Of a stretch of DNA of 64,000 nt, positions 39,986-49,725 are shown piece after piece. The first letter of the stretch is position 1, and each line of letters begins with the position of its first letter. The notes beneath the pieces are model-generated. The model was given only the letters and a program-made list of their open reading frames with translations. It was not told where the DNA came from and did not search any database. The translations under genes were made by a program, and so were the position numbers. The stretch comes from Planctomycetota bacterium (GTDB lineage: Bacteria; Planctomycetota; SZUA-567; H5-PLA8). The stretch is taken from contig JBBRPR010000046.1 of NCBI GenBank assembly GCA_038227875.1, positions 8,261-72,260 of the forward strand. Direction: 5' to 3'.

Positions 39986-40582
39986 ATGCGTTACTCATTA
40001 ACGTTACTTATCGTGATGACCGCTCTCGCTCGAGCGGACGTTTCCCCAAAGCCACCCACGCCGCCGAAACCCGTGCCGCCGATCAAAGTGGACGTGGTGG
40101 AAAACGAGAAGCCACAAAATGCCGCGGAGGTCAAAGTCGATCTCGTCGCGCATCTCGGCTCGGCTCCCCTCAAATTGGAAATTCCACGCAAGGTCTTGGA
40201 GCAGCTCAACGCCCCGGTGAGCACTCCGGCCAAAAAGGGATCCAGCTTGTCTCCGCGTAAAGCGATCACGACAGGCCTGGCGTTCACTCTGGCCTTGGCG
40301 CTGGGTGGACTGTGGTTCTCGGTCCGGCGTCCCGGCCACGCGCGGCATGTGCTCATGCTTGCGGCCATCGCCATGCTCGGCCTCAGCGCCAGCTCCGCTT
40401 CGTGGGCCGATAGCCCGCCCGGAGATCGTCCGAAACGCGAGGAAGCCCCCGTAGAATTCCAGGACATGAAGATGGGCAAGGTAACTATTGAAGTGGTGGA
40501 CGGCCCTGCGGAATCCCTCGTGATCCTAAAGAGCGACGATGCAGACCTGCTGATCAAAGGCAAGAAGGAAGGTGACAAATGA
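39986..40582 (+). CDS. Exported protein with N-terminal signal, internal TM and a second signal-like segment
   Basis: AGGAG RBS; ARA|DVSP; TM 'GLAFTLALALGGLWFSVRR'; SWA|DSPP. Confidence 0.75.
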   Translation: MRYSLTLLIVMTALARADVSPKPPTPPKPVPPIKVDVVENEKPQNAAEVKVDLVAHLGSAPLKLEIPRKVLEQLNAPVSTPAKKGSSLSPRKAITTGLAFTLALALGGLWFSVRRPGHARHVLMLAAIAMLGLSASSASWADSPPGDRPKREEAPVEFQDMKMGKVTIEVVDGPAESLVILKSDDADLLIKGKKEGDK

Positions 40583-41145
40583 AACCACAGTCAGCATTCC
40601 TGAAGTACTTACTGGTGTTGACGTTCGTCCTATTGGCGCTTCCTTTGAGCGCCGATGAAGCGCCAGCGCCGCTCGGAGCTGTTAAACCGCCGCCCGTCTC
40701 GGTAAAAATTGACGCGAAGGCGACGGAAACACACATCCAAATCTCCCGTGAGGCTCTGAAACAGTTGCTGAATTTGAAGGAAAATCATGGCGACGGCAGT
40801 GTCGGATTCATCTCCAGCCCGGACCGCACTCTCGGAGCGGGGTTGGCAATGTCGTTGGCTCTGGTCCTCGGTGGCCTTTACCTCGCACGCAAGCGCGGAG
40901 GCCGCGCGGTTTTAAGTCCCATGGCGATGCTGGCGATCATCGGCGTGCTCTGCGCCGGGTCCGTTGCGCTAGCCGATAAAGCACCAACCGTCCCCCCGGT
41001 TTCACCGGCAGTCCCCGCTGATCGCTCCGTGGCCAATCCTGCAAATTCGTCCATCGTTGTGAGTGATCGCGACGCGGCGGAATTCACAATTAACCCCATG
41101 ATCCTGCGCCTGGTGAAACGGCGCCTGACACCCAAAGGCAACTGA
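40579..41145 (+). CDS. Paralogue of 39986-40582 with the same two-signal architecture
   Basis: LSA|DEAP; TM 'GLAMSLALVLGGLYLARKR'; ALA|DKAP; ATGA overlap with the upstream gene. Confidence 0.75.
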   Translation: MKPQSAFLKYLLVLTFVLLALPLSADEAPAPLGAVKPPPVSVKIDAKATETHIQISREALKQLLNLKENHGDGSVGFISSPDRTLGAGLAMSLALVLGGLYLARKRGGRAVLSPMAMLAIIGVLCAGSVALADKAPTVPPVSPAVPADRSVANPANSSIVVSDRDAAEFTINPMILRLVKRRLTPKGN

Positions 41146-41161
41146 TTCGAAGGGATAGGTA

Positions 41162-41332
41162 ATGCATTCAATACTTACAGCAGCAAACGCCTTCCTGGCG
41201 GACATTGCTCCGCGCCGCGAGTTGACTCCAATGAAGACCTCCGACTACGCACTTCCGGTCGTCGGAGTTCTCTTTGTGGCGCTGACGGCATTCATAGTGA
41301 TCCGCTCATTGAAACGGAAACGAGATAAGTAA
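41162..41332 (+). CDS. Small membrane peptide (56 aa), absent from the ORF track
   Basis: MHSILTAANAFLADIAPRRELTPMKTSDYALPVVGVLFVALTAFIVIRSLKRKRDK*; fills the gap between operon genes. Confidence 0.7.
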   Translation: MHSILTAANAFLADIAPRRELTPMKTSDYALPVVGVLFVALTAFIVIRSLKRKRDK

Positions 41333-41337
41333 CCGTC

Positions 41338-42381
41338 ATGAACTCCGCGCCCTCGACGCTGACCTCAGGAGTGCCCGCATTCAACGGCAACGTTGAGCCG
41401 CGTGCGCTTTCCTCCGCGTGGTATTTTGGCGGAGCTGCGTTGGCTTTGGCGCTGCTGGCCGCGACGCTGGCCGGTTGCGTGCCGCTCGGATTTTCGATCG
41501 TCACGGTCTTCCTCTTCGCCGGTCCGCACAATTGGCTGGAGACCCGTTACTTTCTCTCCCGCATGCCGGCGCATTGGGGGCCGCTGCGTTCCTTTTTTCT
41601 GCTCGCCATCGGCGGAGCCATCACGCTGACGGCCAGTTTCGCGGCGCTGCCGTGGCTGGCCCGCTCGCTGAATTGGAGCGACGGCGCGTGGTCGACGTCG
41701 ATCTCTGTTTGGAATACGGCGCTGGTGCTCTGGATCGCCACGCTGATCGATCTGCGTGGGCGCCAGTCGCCGCGGCGCGATTGGTCCTGGTCGTACGCCG
41801 CCGGTTTTGCGTTCATCAGCGTCGCGTGGCTGATGCCGCAGGCCTGGGACTTGGGACTCGTCTACCTCCACCCGCTGGTGGCGCTGTTTTTTCTCGACCG
41901 TGAGTTGGGACGGAATCGTCCACAGTGGCGCAGCGCCTATCGCCTCGCGTTGCTGAGTGTACCGCTGCTGCTCACGGTGCTCTGGTTGAACTTGAAGAAC
42001 GCCGCGCCGCTGCCGGGCGATGATGCGCTGAGCGTCCGCATTACGCAGCACGCGGGCGCTGGAATCTTGACCGGCGTCTCGTCGCATTTTCTCGTCGCCG
42101 CGCATACGTTTCTGGAAATGCTCCACTACAGCGTCTGGCTTATCGCCATTCCGCTGGTCGGGATGAAGGCTGCGCCATGGTCGTTGAACTCCGTGCCGCT
42201 CTACCGGCGTTCACCGCTCTGGCGCAAGGTCGTATGTGGAATCGTGCTCTGCGGCGGAGTGTTGGTCGTCGTATTGTGGAGCGCGTTCCTCGCCGACTAC
42301 CCGATGACACGCGACATTTACTTCACCGTCGCGATGCTGCATGTGCTGGCGGAAGTACCCTTCTTGCTGAGGACAATTTAG
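41338..42381 (+). CDS. Polytopic membrane protein with multiple His/Glu motifs (possible membrane metalloenzyme)
   Basis: GPHNWLE, YLHP, HTFLEMLHY, LHVLAE within or next to TM helices. Confidence 0.75.
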   Translation: MNSAPSTLTSGVPAFNGNVEPRALSSAWYFGGAALALALLAATLAGCVPLGFSIVTVFLFAGPHNWLETRYFLSRMPAHWGPLRSFFLLAIGGAITLTASFAALPWLARSLNWSDGAWSTSISVWNTALVLWIATLIDLRGRQSPRRDWSWSYAAGFAFISVAWLMPQAWDLGLVYLHPLVALFFLDRELGRNRPQWRSAYRLALLSVPLLLTVLWLNLKNAAPLPGDDALSVRITQHAGAGILTGVSSHFLVAAHTFLEMLHYSVWLIAIPLVGMKAAPWSLNSVPLYRRSPLWRKVVCGIVLCGGVLVVVLWSAFLADYPMTRDIYFTVAMLHVLAEVPFLLRTI

Positions 42382-42756
42382 TTGTCGGATACGACCTGGC
42401 TTTGGGAATTCCTGCCGCGCGGGTATCTCCAATCGATCGCCATCGAGACGCCCGTGCTGCTGCTGGGCCTCTCGCGCATTCACCCACTGAAGCATAAGCT
42501 TATCGCTGGTGTCTGGTTGACCGCGTGTACGTATCCCATCGTCGTGCTGGTGCTGCCATGTTTAATCTCCATGGAGACGCACCGAGTCGCGTACCTGATC
42601 GTCGCCGAGACCTTCGCTCCTGCCGCCGAATGCGCGCTCTTCTGGGCCGCGTTCATCCGCAGCAATCCCGAAGCGCAGCCGGGCTTTTGGCGCGATATGA
42701 TCACGGTGACGCTGGCCAATCTGGCGTCGTTTGGACTCGGTATGCTGTTGCAATAA
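42382..42756 (+). CDS. Four-TM membrane protein
   Basis: Abuts the upstream stop; intramembrane polar motifs IETP, TYP, AE..AAE, ANLAS. Confidence 0.7.
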   Translation: MSDTTWLWEFLPRGYLQSIAIETPVLLLGLSRIHPLKHKLIAGVWLTACTYPIVVLVLPCLISMETHRVAYLIVAETFAPAAECALFWAAFIRSNPEAQPGFWRDMITVTLANLASFGLGMLLQ

Positions 42757-43165
42757 GGTGTTTTTTTGTGTTGGCGCCGGTACCTTAACAGGCGGTTTTC
42801 TACGCGATATCAAGTCGTAGATTGGTCAACCGACGCGAAATGGACGCCCTATGAACTCGTTAAGTGCAAAACAAATTTGTATTGAGATCGCTCATCTACT
42901 GACTTCGGAGGTTATACGTCCAGAAGAACGGTCCCGTCTTAACGTTCGAACACTTCGGCGAAGGCGGTCTGGTCCCGCTGCAGGATCGCAGCGTTCAGCA
43001 GCGCGTGGTCGTCGCGCGCCTCCATGCTGGAGAGATCCTGTGCCAGGTTCGTGTCCAGAGCACCCGTTGTAAGCCCCGCCCAGCCCGATACGCAGCCATT
43101 TCTTCGCTCTCGAATTCCTTCCCTCCACCGACAGGAACTGGCAACCTGATTTTTAAAAATTCGTG

Positions 43166-43202
43166 AAAAGAAAACCGGGAAACTTCTTTTGAAGTTCCCC
43201 GG
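43166..43202 (-). terminator. Intrinsic terminator of the DUF1549/1553 gene
   Basis: CCGGGAAACTTC-TTTT-GAAGTTCCCCGG hairpin with an adjacent A tract (U tract on the minus strand). Confidence 0.6.
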
Positions 43203-43232
43203 TTCGGTAATGACCTCTGATTTTTCACACCA

Positions 43233-45086
43233 TCAATGAATCGTCACAAACTCCGCGCAGTTCACCAGCACCCAGAGTAAGTCATCGGCACTACCCTTCA
43301 GTTCCACCACGTCCTCCCGCTCCCGCGGAGTTGGTGGGCGGCAGAGCGTGGCGGCGAAAAGCGTCTCAATCGGCCGGCCTCCACCTCCGCCGCGCAACAT
43401 CCGTTGGATCACCGGCGCGTGCATCATCAACAGGGCCAGCCGCACCGTGCCCTGGAATTCCACTGACGCGACACCCGGCTGGCCTTCGCCTTCGGAATGA
43501 AATTGCTGCAGCAGCGTGTAGAATTCCGCGACGTCGGAATTCCCTCGGCGCAGATTGTACGCCTCGGAATGCCGCAGCCCTTCCAGAAACGTCTTGGCCT
43601 TCGTCCCGTCGTTGGCCGCTTTCAGCACCGCGCAGAAGACCATCTCCGGCGTCATCGGCCGCACGTCGGCGCGGGCGGCGTAGCGTACCGCTGTCAGGCG
43701 TTCTCTACCCGTCGGACCATAGCTGCTGCGCTGATAGGCACGGGTGTTGGCGACGATGGCGATCAAGCGGCGCAGATCGCGGCCGGAGTTTCGGAAGTCT
43801 TCCGTTAGAATCTGCAACGCCTCCGGATGGGTCGGCGGATTTTTTTCACGCAGGTCGTCGACAGGTTCGACGAATCCGTGCCCCAGCATCGCCTGCCAAA
43901 TGCGATTGACCGCGACGCGGTCAAAGTTCTCGTTGCGCTCGCCGGTGATCCATTCCGCCAGTTCCTTGCGGTACTTCTGTCCTTGAGACTCCACCTTGTA
44001 CTTCGGAACCGATGACGGAAAGCCGGAATAGTTGCGCTGGCCTTGCTGCGGCGCAGGTGGCTTGTCCTTCTTTTCGGGTACGGCGGAGCGCGCCATGCCA
44101 GGCAGCGCAGGATCCAGAATCAGCGACGAATCCGGCGGATCGAACGTCCCGGACGTGATGCGGTTGTCATTATCGAGCAGGCTGATTTCGCTGCCGGAGG
44201 TATACGAAAAGAACGCCACGACTTTCCAGAAGTCTTCCTGCGTCCACTTATCGAACGGATGATCGTGGCACTGCGCGCAGCCCATGCGCATGCCCAGGAA
44301 GGTGCGCGTGACATGGCCGACAGTTTCCGGCAGCCCTTTTGTCTCCAGATGACGGCCGAGATACACGATGGCCGGGGAGTGCGGGAGCTGGGCCGCTTGC
44401 GGCGACATGTACGCGTTGCCAAAGTACGGGAGCTCGCCATAGGACGTGAGCAGTTGTTCAACCCAGACGTCGTAAGGCGTGTTGTACCTGATATGTTCGT
44501 GAAGCCACTGGCGAAAACGGCTGGAGGAGTCGTTCGAGACAAACTCGCGCTCGCCACCCAGCAGTGTCGCCATCCAGAACGACGCCCAACGTTCGGCGTA
44601 GTCGGGCGACTTGACCAAATCGTCAATTTTTCTGCTGCGCCGGAATTCCGGCGGACAGTTCATGAAATACTTGATCTCCTGGACCGAAGGCAGTTGGCCG
44701 GTCAGGTCGATCGAAACACGGCGCAGGAACGTGGCGTCGTCGCAGAGTTCCTCTGGAGTGATATGCAGCAAATCGAGGTTGTGCTCGATTGCGCCATCGA
44801 CATCAGCGGCAACATCGGCGATGGACTTCAGCGGCGACTTCGCATCCTTCGGCGGCAGCCGCGGCGCCACCAGCTTGATCTCGATCGACTCGTCGTCATC
44901 GTCTTTGGCGCCCGAGCGCGCCGGCTTGGGAGCAACGGCTCCATCCATCGATGGCGACTTCTCCAAATCCGGATCGGGTCGCGGCCCGATCGTTGCATCG
45001 CCCTCCGCATCCGATTCCGCAAACGCGTAACCGCCGGAGACGAGAGCGAGGAGGAGCGCTGCCACGATACGAAGTCGGAGATTCAC
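43233..45086 (-). CDS. DUF1549/DUF1553 domain protein (planctomycete type)
   Basis: 'DDATFLRRVSIDLTGQLP', 'FLGMRMGCAQCHDHPFDKWTQEDF', 'VNRIWQAMLGHGFVEPVDD', 'NPPTHPE'; probable GTG start at 45086. Confidence 0.9.
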   Translation of the reverse strand: MNLRLRIVAALLLALVSGGYAFAESDAEGDATIGPRPDPDLEKSPSMDGAVAPKPARSGAKDDDDESIEIKLVAPRLPPKDAKSPLKSIADVAADVDGAIEHNLDLLHITPEELCDDATFLRRVSIDLTGQLPSVQEIKYFMNCPPEFRRSRKIDDLVKSPDYAERWASFWMATLLGGEREFVSNDSSSRFRQWLHEHIRYNTPYDVWVEQLLTSYGELPYFGNAYMSPQAAQLPHSPAIVYLGRHLETKGLPETVGHVTRTFLGMRMGCAQCHDHPFDKWTQEDFWKVVAFFSYTSGSEISLLDNDNRITSGTFDPPDSSLILDPALPGMARSAVPEKKDKPPAPQQGQRNYSGFPSSVPKYKVESQGQKYRKELAEWITGERNENFDRVAVNRIWQAMLGHGFVEPVDDLREKNPPTHPEALQILTEDFRNSGRDLRRLIAIVANTRAYQRSSYGPTGRERLTAVRYAARADVRPMTPEMVFCAVLKAANDGTKAKTFLEGLRHSEAYNLRRGNSDVAEFYTLLQQFHSEGEGQPGVASVEFQGTVRLALLMMHAPVIQRMLRGGGGGRPIETLFAATLCRPPTPREREDVVELKGSADDLLWVLVNCAEFVTIH

Positions 45087-45227
45087 GGGTGGTTCCCTGG
45101 CACGTCCTGCAAGAGTCGTACGTCGCGTCCATTCGACGGAGCAGAGGTGCCAGGTGCAGCATGAAAAGTGGTGAGAAATTAAAGGACGAGAGATCGCCCG
45201 CACGAACCCGCTGGTTTTCACAAATAT

Positions 45228-45322
45228 GCCCCAACGGGGCATCGGCTACAAAGCCCAAAGTTGCGCCGGAGGCGCTACCCTGGGTATAGTCGCGCTCCAG
45301 GTAGGCAACCCTGTAAGGGTTG
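45228..45322. repeat. Composite palindromic (REP-like) element of three hairpins
   Basis: GCCCCAACGGGGC; CCCAAAGTTGCGCC-GGA-GGCGCTACCCTGGG; CAACCCTGTAAGGGTTG. Confidence 0.55.
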
Positions 45323-45841
45323 TGGCAATACTCGCTCTCAGGAATATTCAAATTGGACCAGCACCTCGCCATTGCAGCAGAATTACAGCGAATGATATCC
45401 GACGCATGGCGGAACGTCCCAATGCCCACAGGAAGCGTTGCTGATTCTGGGTGTCCAGAAGACTCGGACATTCAAAAGAAATTCTCAAACAAGTCGATCG
45501 ACGAGATCGACCTCGACTCTAAGACCTATAATGAAGAAATGCCGCTTATCTATATGACTCCTGAAGCAAAGCTCTACTACATCCAAGCCTACTTTCGCTA
45601 CGTGCTGGATTCGCAACGCATTCAGAATAATGAAATTCGATTTGCCACACCTAACCTTCACTTGATTGACACGCTGGCTGGAAAGAGCGAGCGGAAAATG
45701 ACGTGTTATTCCGTCGACCAAATGAAGTGCATCCTTGCCTTCTTGGAATTTGTGCTGCGTTTCCCCGATCTCTTCGGCGAGTCCGATAGAGTTGCACGCA
45801 TCCAGAAAGGCGTTGCGGCTTGGAAGAAAAAGATTCAGTAG
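45320..45841 (+). CDS. Hypothetical protein (AT-richer insert; start uncertain)
   Basis: Open 173-codon frame; helical 'LIYMTPEAKLYYIQAYFRYVL' segment. Confidence 0.55.
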   Translation: MWQYSLSGIFKLDQHLAIAAELQRMISDAWRNVPMPTGSVADSGCPEDSDIQKKFSNKSIDEIDLDSKTYNEEMPLIYMTPEAKLYYIQAYFRYVLDSQRIQNNEIRFATPNLHLIDTLAGKSERKMTCYSVDQMKCILAFLEFVLRFPDLFGESDRVARIQKGVAAWKKKIQ

Positions 45842-45842
45842 G

Positions 45843-45880
45843 AAAACAAAACCGGGCATCTCTCTGAGAGAGATGCCCGG
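45843..45880 (-). terminator. Intrinsic terminator after groEL
   Basis: CCGGGCATCTCTC...GAGAGATGCCCGG hairpin with AAAACAAAA (U tract on the minus strand). Confidence 0.8.
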
Positions 45881-45947
45881 CTCTGCAATACCCTTTGACT
45901 TCCCTGCGGTGCCCGGTCCCCGACTCCAGACCCCCGGCCCCGGCAGT

Positions 45948-47567
45948 TTAGTACTCTTCGCCGCCGCCAGCCGGCGCAGCAGCCTTTTCTTTCTTCAGTT
46001 CGGAGATCGCGGCATCGGTCGTCAGCAGCAGCGCGGAGACGCTTGCGGCGTTCTGCAGTGCGGACTTGACCACCTTGGCCGGATCGAAGACGCCGTCTTT
46101 CACCATGTCGCCGTAGGTTTCGGTCAGGGCGTTGAAGCCGAAGTTCTTGTCCTTCGCTTCCTTCACCTTGCCCACCACCACCGCGCCTTCGTGACCGGCG
46201 TTTTCAGCGATCTGCCGGCAGGGAGCTTCCAGCGCCCGGCGGATGATTTCCACGCCGATCTGTTCGTCGCCCTTCAGCTTGAGGCTGTTGAGCGATTCGC
46301 TGGCGCGCAGCAGGCCGACACCACCGCCGGGGAGGATGCCCTCTTCGACGGCCGCGCGAGCGGCGTGCAACGCGTCTTCGACGCGCATCTTCCGTTCCTT
46401 CATTTCCGTTTCCGTCGCGGCACCGACGCGGATCTGCGCCACTCCGCCAGCCAGCTTGGCCAGGCGTTCCTGGAGCTTTTCCTTGTCGTAGTCGCTGGTG
46501 GTCGCGTTGATTTCGTTCTTGATCTGCGTGATGCGGGCCTGGATGTCGCCCGACGATCCCGCGCCTTCGATCAAGGTCGTGTTTTCCTTGTCGATCTCGA
46601 CTTTCTTCACGCGGCCGAGGTCTTCCATGGTCACCGATTCCAGACCGATGCCCAGGTCTTCGGTGATCGCCTTGCCGCCGGTCAGCACCGCGATGTCCTG
46701 CAACATCGCCTTGCGGCGGTCGCCATAACCGGGGGCCTTGACGGCCGCGCACTGCAGCGTGCCGCGGAGCTTGTTGACGACCAACGTGGCCAGCGCTTCG
46801 CCTTCAACTTCTTCGGCGACGATCAGCAACGGCTTGCCGGCCTGCGCGATCTTTTCCAGCAACGGCACGATGTCCTTGACCGTGGAGAGCTTCTTTTCGT
46901 AGATGAAGACAAAGGCGTTATCGAGCACCGTCTTCATTTCGCCGACATTCGTGACGAAGTGGGGCGAGAGGTAGCCGCGGTCGAAGCTCATGCCTTCCAC
47001 CAGTGCGACTTCCGTCTTCAACGACTTGCCTTCTTCGACCGTGATGCAGCCGTCCTTGCCGACCTTGTCCATCGCCTGCGCGATCATGTCGCCGATTTCG
47101 GAATCGTTGTTGGCGGCAATCGAAGCCACCGCGGCGATTTCCTTGCGGCCCGTGACCGGCGTCGACGCCTTGGTCAGCGCGTTGACGACGCATTCCACGG
47201 CCTTGTCGATGCCGCGCTTGATCGCGGTGGCGCTGGCGCCGGCCGTGACGTTCTTCAAGCCTTCATCGAAAATTGCTTCAGCCAGCACGACGCTGGTGGT
47301 GGTGCCGTCGCCGGCAACGTCGTTGGTCTTGCTGGCAACTTCCTTCACCAGCTGCGCGCCCATGTTCTCGTATTTGTCTTCCAGCTCGATTTCCTTGGCC
47401 ACCGTCACGCCGTCGTTGGCGACGGTGGGGGAACCGAAGGACTTCTCCAGGATCACGCAGCGGCCTCGCGGTCCGAGCGTGACTTTGACTGCGCGGGCGA
47501 GTTTCTTCACGCCCTGCCGCAGCGCTTCACGCGCTTCCTGATCGAACGCAATCTTCTTTGCAGCCAT
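45948..47567 (-). CDS. groEL: Chaperonin GroEL
   Basis: '[10 protein letters not shown]', 'AGDGTTT', '[10 protein letters not shown]', '[12 protein letters not shown]'. Confidence 0.99.
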   Translation of the reverse strand: MAAKKIAFDQEAREALRQGVKKLARAVKVTLGPRGRCVILEKSFGSPTVANDGVTVAKEIELEDKYENMGAQLVKEVASKTNDVAGDGTTTSVVLAEAIFDEGLKNVTAGASATAIKRGIDKAVECVVNALTKASTPVTGRKEIAAVASIAANNDSEIGDMIAQAMDKVGKDGCITVEEGKSLKTEVALVEGMSFDRGYLSPHFVTNVGEMKTVLDNAFVFIYEKKLSTVKDIVPLLEKIAQAGKPLLIVAEEVEGEALATLVVNKLRGTLQCAAVKAPGYGDRRKAMLQDIAVLTGGKAITEDLGIGLESVTMEDLGRVKKVEIDKENTTLIEGAGSSGDIQARITQIKNEINATTSDYDKEKLQERLAKLAGGVAQIRVGAATETEMKERKMRVEDALHAARAAVEEGILPGGGVGLLRASESLNSLKLKGDEQIGVEIIRRALEAPCRQIAENAGHEGAVVVGKVKEAKDKNFGFNALTETYGDMVKDGVFDPAKVVKSALQNAASVSALLLTTDAAISELKKEKAAAPAGGGEEY

Positions 47568-47622
47568 CGTTCTTTAAACCTCCCAAAAGTTTTAACTCAA
47601 TCGCTTTGTCGCAGGACACTGC

Positions 47623-47919
47623 TTAGGACTTGACCACGGCCAGCACGTCTTCTTCGGGCATCAACAGGAATTCTTCGCCGTCGATTTTCACTTCCGTTCC
47701 GGCATAGGATGCAAACAGGACGCGGTCGCCCTTCTTGACCTGGAAACCGCCGCGGGAGCCGTCTTCCAAAAGCTTCCCGGAACCCAGCGCAATGATCTTG
47801 CCTTCCTTGGGCTTTTCCTTGGCCGTATCCGGCAGGACGATGCCGCCAGCCGTCTTTTCTTCGGCCTGAAGGCGCCGGACCAGAATCTTGTCGCCCAACG
47901 GTGTGACGTTCGTGGACAT
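47623..47919 (-). CDS. groES: Co-chaperonin GroES
   Basis: 'PLGDKILV', mobile loop '[18 protein letters not shown]', 'YAGTEVK'. Confidence 0.99.
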   Translation of the reverse strand: MSTNVTPLGDKILVRRLQAEEKTAGGIVLPDTAKEKPKEGKIIALGSGKLLEDGSRGGFQVKKGDRVLFASYAGTEVKIDGEEFLLMPEEDVLAVVKS

Positions 47920-47982
47920 AACGAAAGTTCTCCTTAAAGAACGTGGTTCTGTGAATGACCCCTGACGAAGCGCACAGAAAAG

Positions 47983-47998
47983 AGCAACCCATGGGCCA
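47983..47998 (-). promoter_or_regulatory. Sigma54 (-24/-12) promoter of groES-groEL
   Basis: Minus strand TGGCCC-ATGGG-TTGCT matches TGGCAC-N5-TTGCW, about 65 bp upstream of groES. Confidence 0.75.
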
Positions 47999-48203
47999 GC
48001 CCTGTCGATTCAGACTAAGTCATTGTATGGAAGAGTCTTAGATGATCCAGCTCAGCCCTTCCCAGCTACGGATCGAGTCATACTGACCCGCTCATTTCCC
48101 ATACCTTCCGCCCTGACGGGTCAATATAATGGGGGCGAAATACCTGCGTTATGGGCGTTCAAAGGGTATTCTATGGTTAGAGCAGTCCTCGGGAGGGTCT
48201 ATA

Positions 48204-48566
48204 ATGGAAATGCCCCATGTAAAGTTGAGTGAAGAAACCATTGGCTTCTGTCATAAACACAAGCGCGAAGACGCACCTTTGTTCGTTCATTTGTACGTCG
48301 AACACGACGAGAGCGTCACCGTGGAAGACCCCGAAACGGAGTGGCCCGCGGTCATCGGACTGCGCTTCGCCACGGATACCGCGTCGTGGAGCCAGCAGCT
48401 GACGCAGTACCTGGTCAAACACGAAACGCATCAGGAAGAAGAGCTATCGTTGGAAGAGGAAATTGCGCGCGACGCGATCGTCAACTACGAGAAGCACCGT
48501 CACCTTGTCGACGATGCCGTCCGCTTTTTGAATAAGTTGGGTCTGGCCGCCGTGCGGGCGCCTTAG
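48204..48566 (+). CDS. Hypothetical protein
   Basis: GGGAGG RBS before ATG 48204; host-like codon usage. Confidence 0.65.
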   Translation: MEMPHVKLSEETIGFCHKHKREDAPLFVHLYVEHDESVTVEDPETEWPAVIGLRFATDTASWSQQLTQYLVKHETHQEEELSLEEEIARDAIVNYEKHRHLVDDAVRFLNKLGLAAVRAP

Positions 48567-49372
48567 CGCGTCGCCACTTCTGCGGGGCGGTCCTTCTTCG
48601 CGATCTCCGCCAGACCCGGCCATTCCAGCCACGGATCGAGAATCGCTTCGCGGCGTTCGGCGCCAGTCTCAGGTCCTTTCGGACGGTCGTTGGGCGTGAG
48701 GCGGAAGAACACCGCGTAACGGACGTGCGGCGAAAGATTGACCGCGGCCGTATGCGCCAACAGGTAGTGCGCGAAGACCACGTCGCCGGCCTGGCCCGTC
48801 ACGTGATGAGCTTCGGGCATCTCGATCTTCGGCAGACCGCCGTCGGTCAGCGCTTCGGGACCATGTTCGCGGAGGTACTTCGCGAACGCATGATGCGTTC
48901 CCGGCCAGACGGTGAAATTGCCGCAGTACTGTTCCGGCACGTCGCTGAGCAGCACGCAGGCGATCATGGCGAAATTGAGGACGCGGCCTTTCGGCACGCC
49001 GTTATGTTCCGACCAGGTGCCGTCGATGTGCGGCGCGAGATTCGGGCGCGCAGTCTTTGCATACGACGGAAAGCGCAGCGCGATTTGCGCGCCACCGGAG
49101 CGGTTGATCTTGCCTGCGCCGAGAAGCGATTCAGCCAGCGAAAACGCGGGCGTCGCGTTGAGCAGATCGGTGATCACCGGCAGGCGTTGAATTTCAGGGC
49201 AGTACGATTGAGAGCGGACTTTGTGAATGTCTTCCAGCGGAATGCCGTTGCCGATCGAATGGTTCATGGCCTTCAGCGCGTCGTTGACCATGATGCGGGG
49301 CACGACGCCGGGAATCTTGACGAATCCCCGTTCGTAAATTTCAGTCTTCTGTGCGACGGATAGTTCCATCAT
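48563..49372 (-). CDS. Phytanoyl-CoA dioxygenase (PhyH) family protein
   Basis: 'YERGFVKIPGVV', HxD (PHIDG), 'GNFTVWPGTH', 'AGDVVFAHYLLAH...VRYAVFFR'. Confidence 0.88.
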   Translation of the reverse strand: MMELSVAQKTEIYERGFVKIPGVVPRIMVNDALKAMNHSIGNGIPLEDIHKVRSQSYCPEIQRLPVITDLLNATPAFSLAESLLGAGKINRSGGAQIALRFPSYAKTARPNLAPHIDGTWSEHNGVPKGRVLNFAMIACVLLSDVPEQYCGNFTVWPGTHHAFAKYLREHGPEALTDGGLPKIEMPEAHHVTGQAGDVVFAHYLLAHTAAVNLSPHVRYAVFFRLTPNDRPKGPETGAERREAILDPWLEWPGLAEIAKKDRPAEVATR

Positions 49373-49569
49373 CCGCGTCCTCCAGGGCCTTTAAGGTAAC
49401 TGCACTCCTTTCAATTAACGACGCCGCACAAAGTGAGTCAACGATTTGGCATTGTTTTCCGAGAGGAAAACTTCCACCCCCTTTGGAACGTAGGATGGAA
49501 CAGTGCAACTCGCCTGGAAAGCGTCGGAAAACTTCGAATCGAAGGTGAAGAGCGCTGCTGATTCTTGAC

Positions 49570-49591
49570 CTTCCGGAAAATTTTCCGGAAG
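49570..49591. promoter_or_regulatory. Perfect 22-bp palindrome, candidate operator upstream of the PhyH gene
   Basis: CTTCCGGAAAATTTTCCGGAAG, with further GGAAAACTTC half-sites near 49465 and 49526. Confidence 0.55.
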
Positions 49592-49665
49592 TTACCTCAC
49601 CGACTGCCAAACATATGTCCCGCCCTTGGAACAGCGTGCTCGTCCCATCAGCCGCATGAGGAAAT

Positions 49666-49696
49666 AAAAAGGACTCAGGCCACGTGGCCTGAGTCC
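49666..49696 (-). terminator. Intrinsic terminator of the MoxR/vWA operon
   Basis: AAAAA-GGACTCAGGCCAC-GTGGCCTGAGTCC palindrome just past the last stop codon. Confidence 0.75.
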
Positions 49697-49725
49697 CCTG
49701 GGGCCTGAATGTTGTTCACCACCAG

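Noticed and set aside
42757..43230. Short ORFs between the membrane cluster and the DUF1549/1553 gene
   Set aside because: No clear RBS, motifs or consistent coding signal; left unannotated.
45735..47633. 632-aa plus-strand ORF
   Set aside because: Antisense shadow of groEL.
47920..48200. CIRCE/HrcA operator expected upstream of groES
   Set aside because: No TTAGCACTC-N9-GAGTGCTAA-like inverted repeat found by eye.
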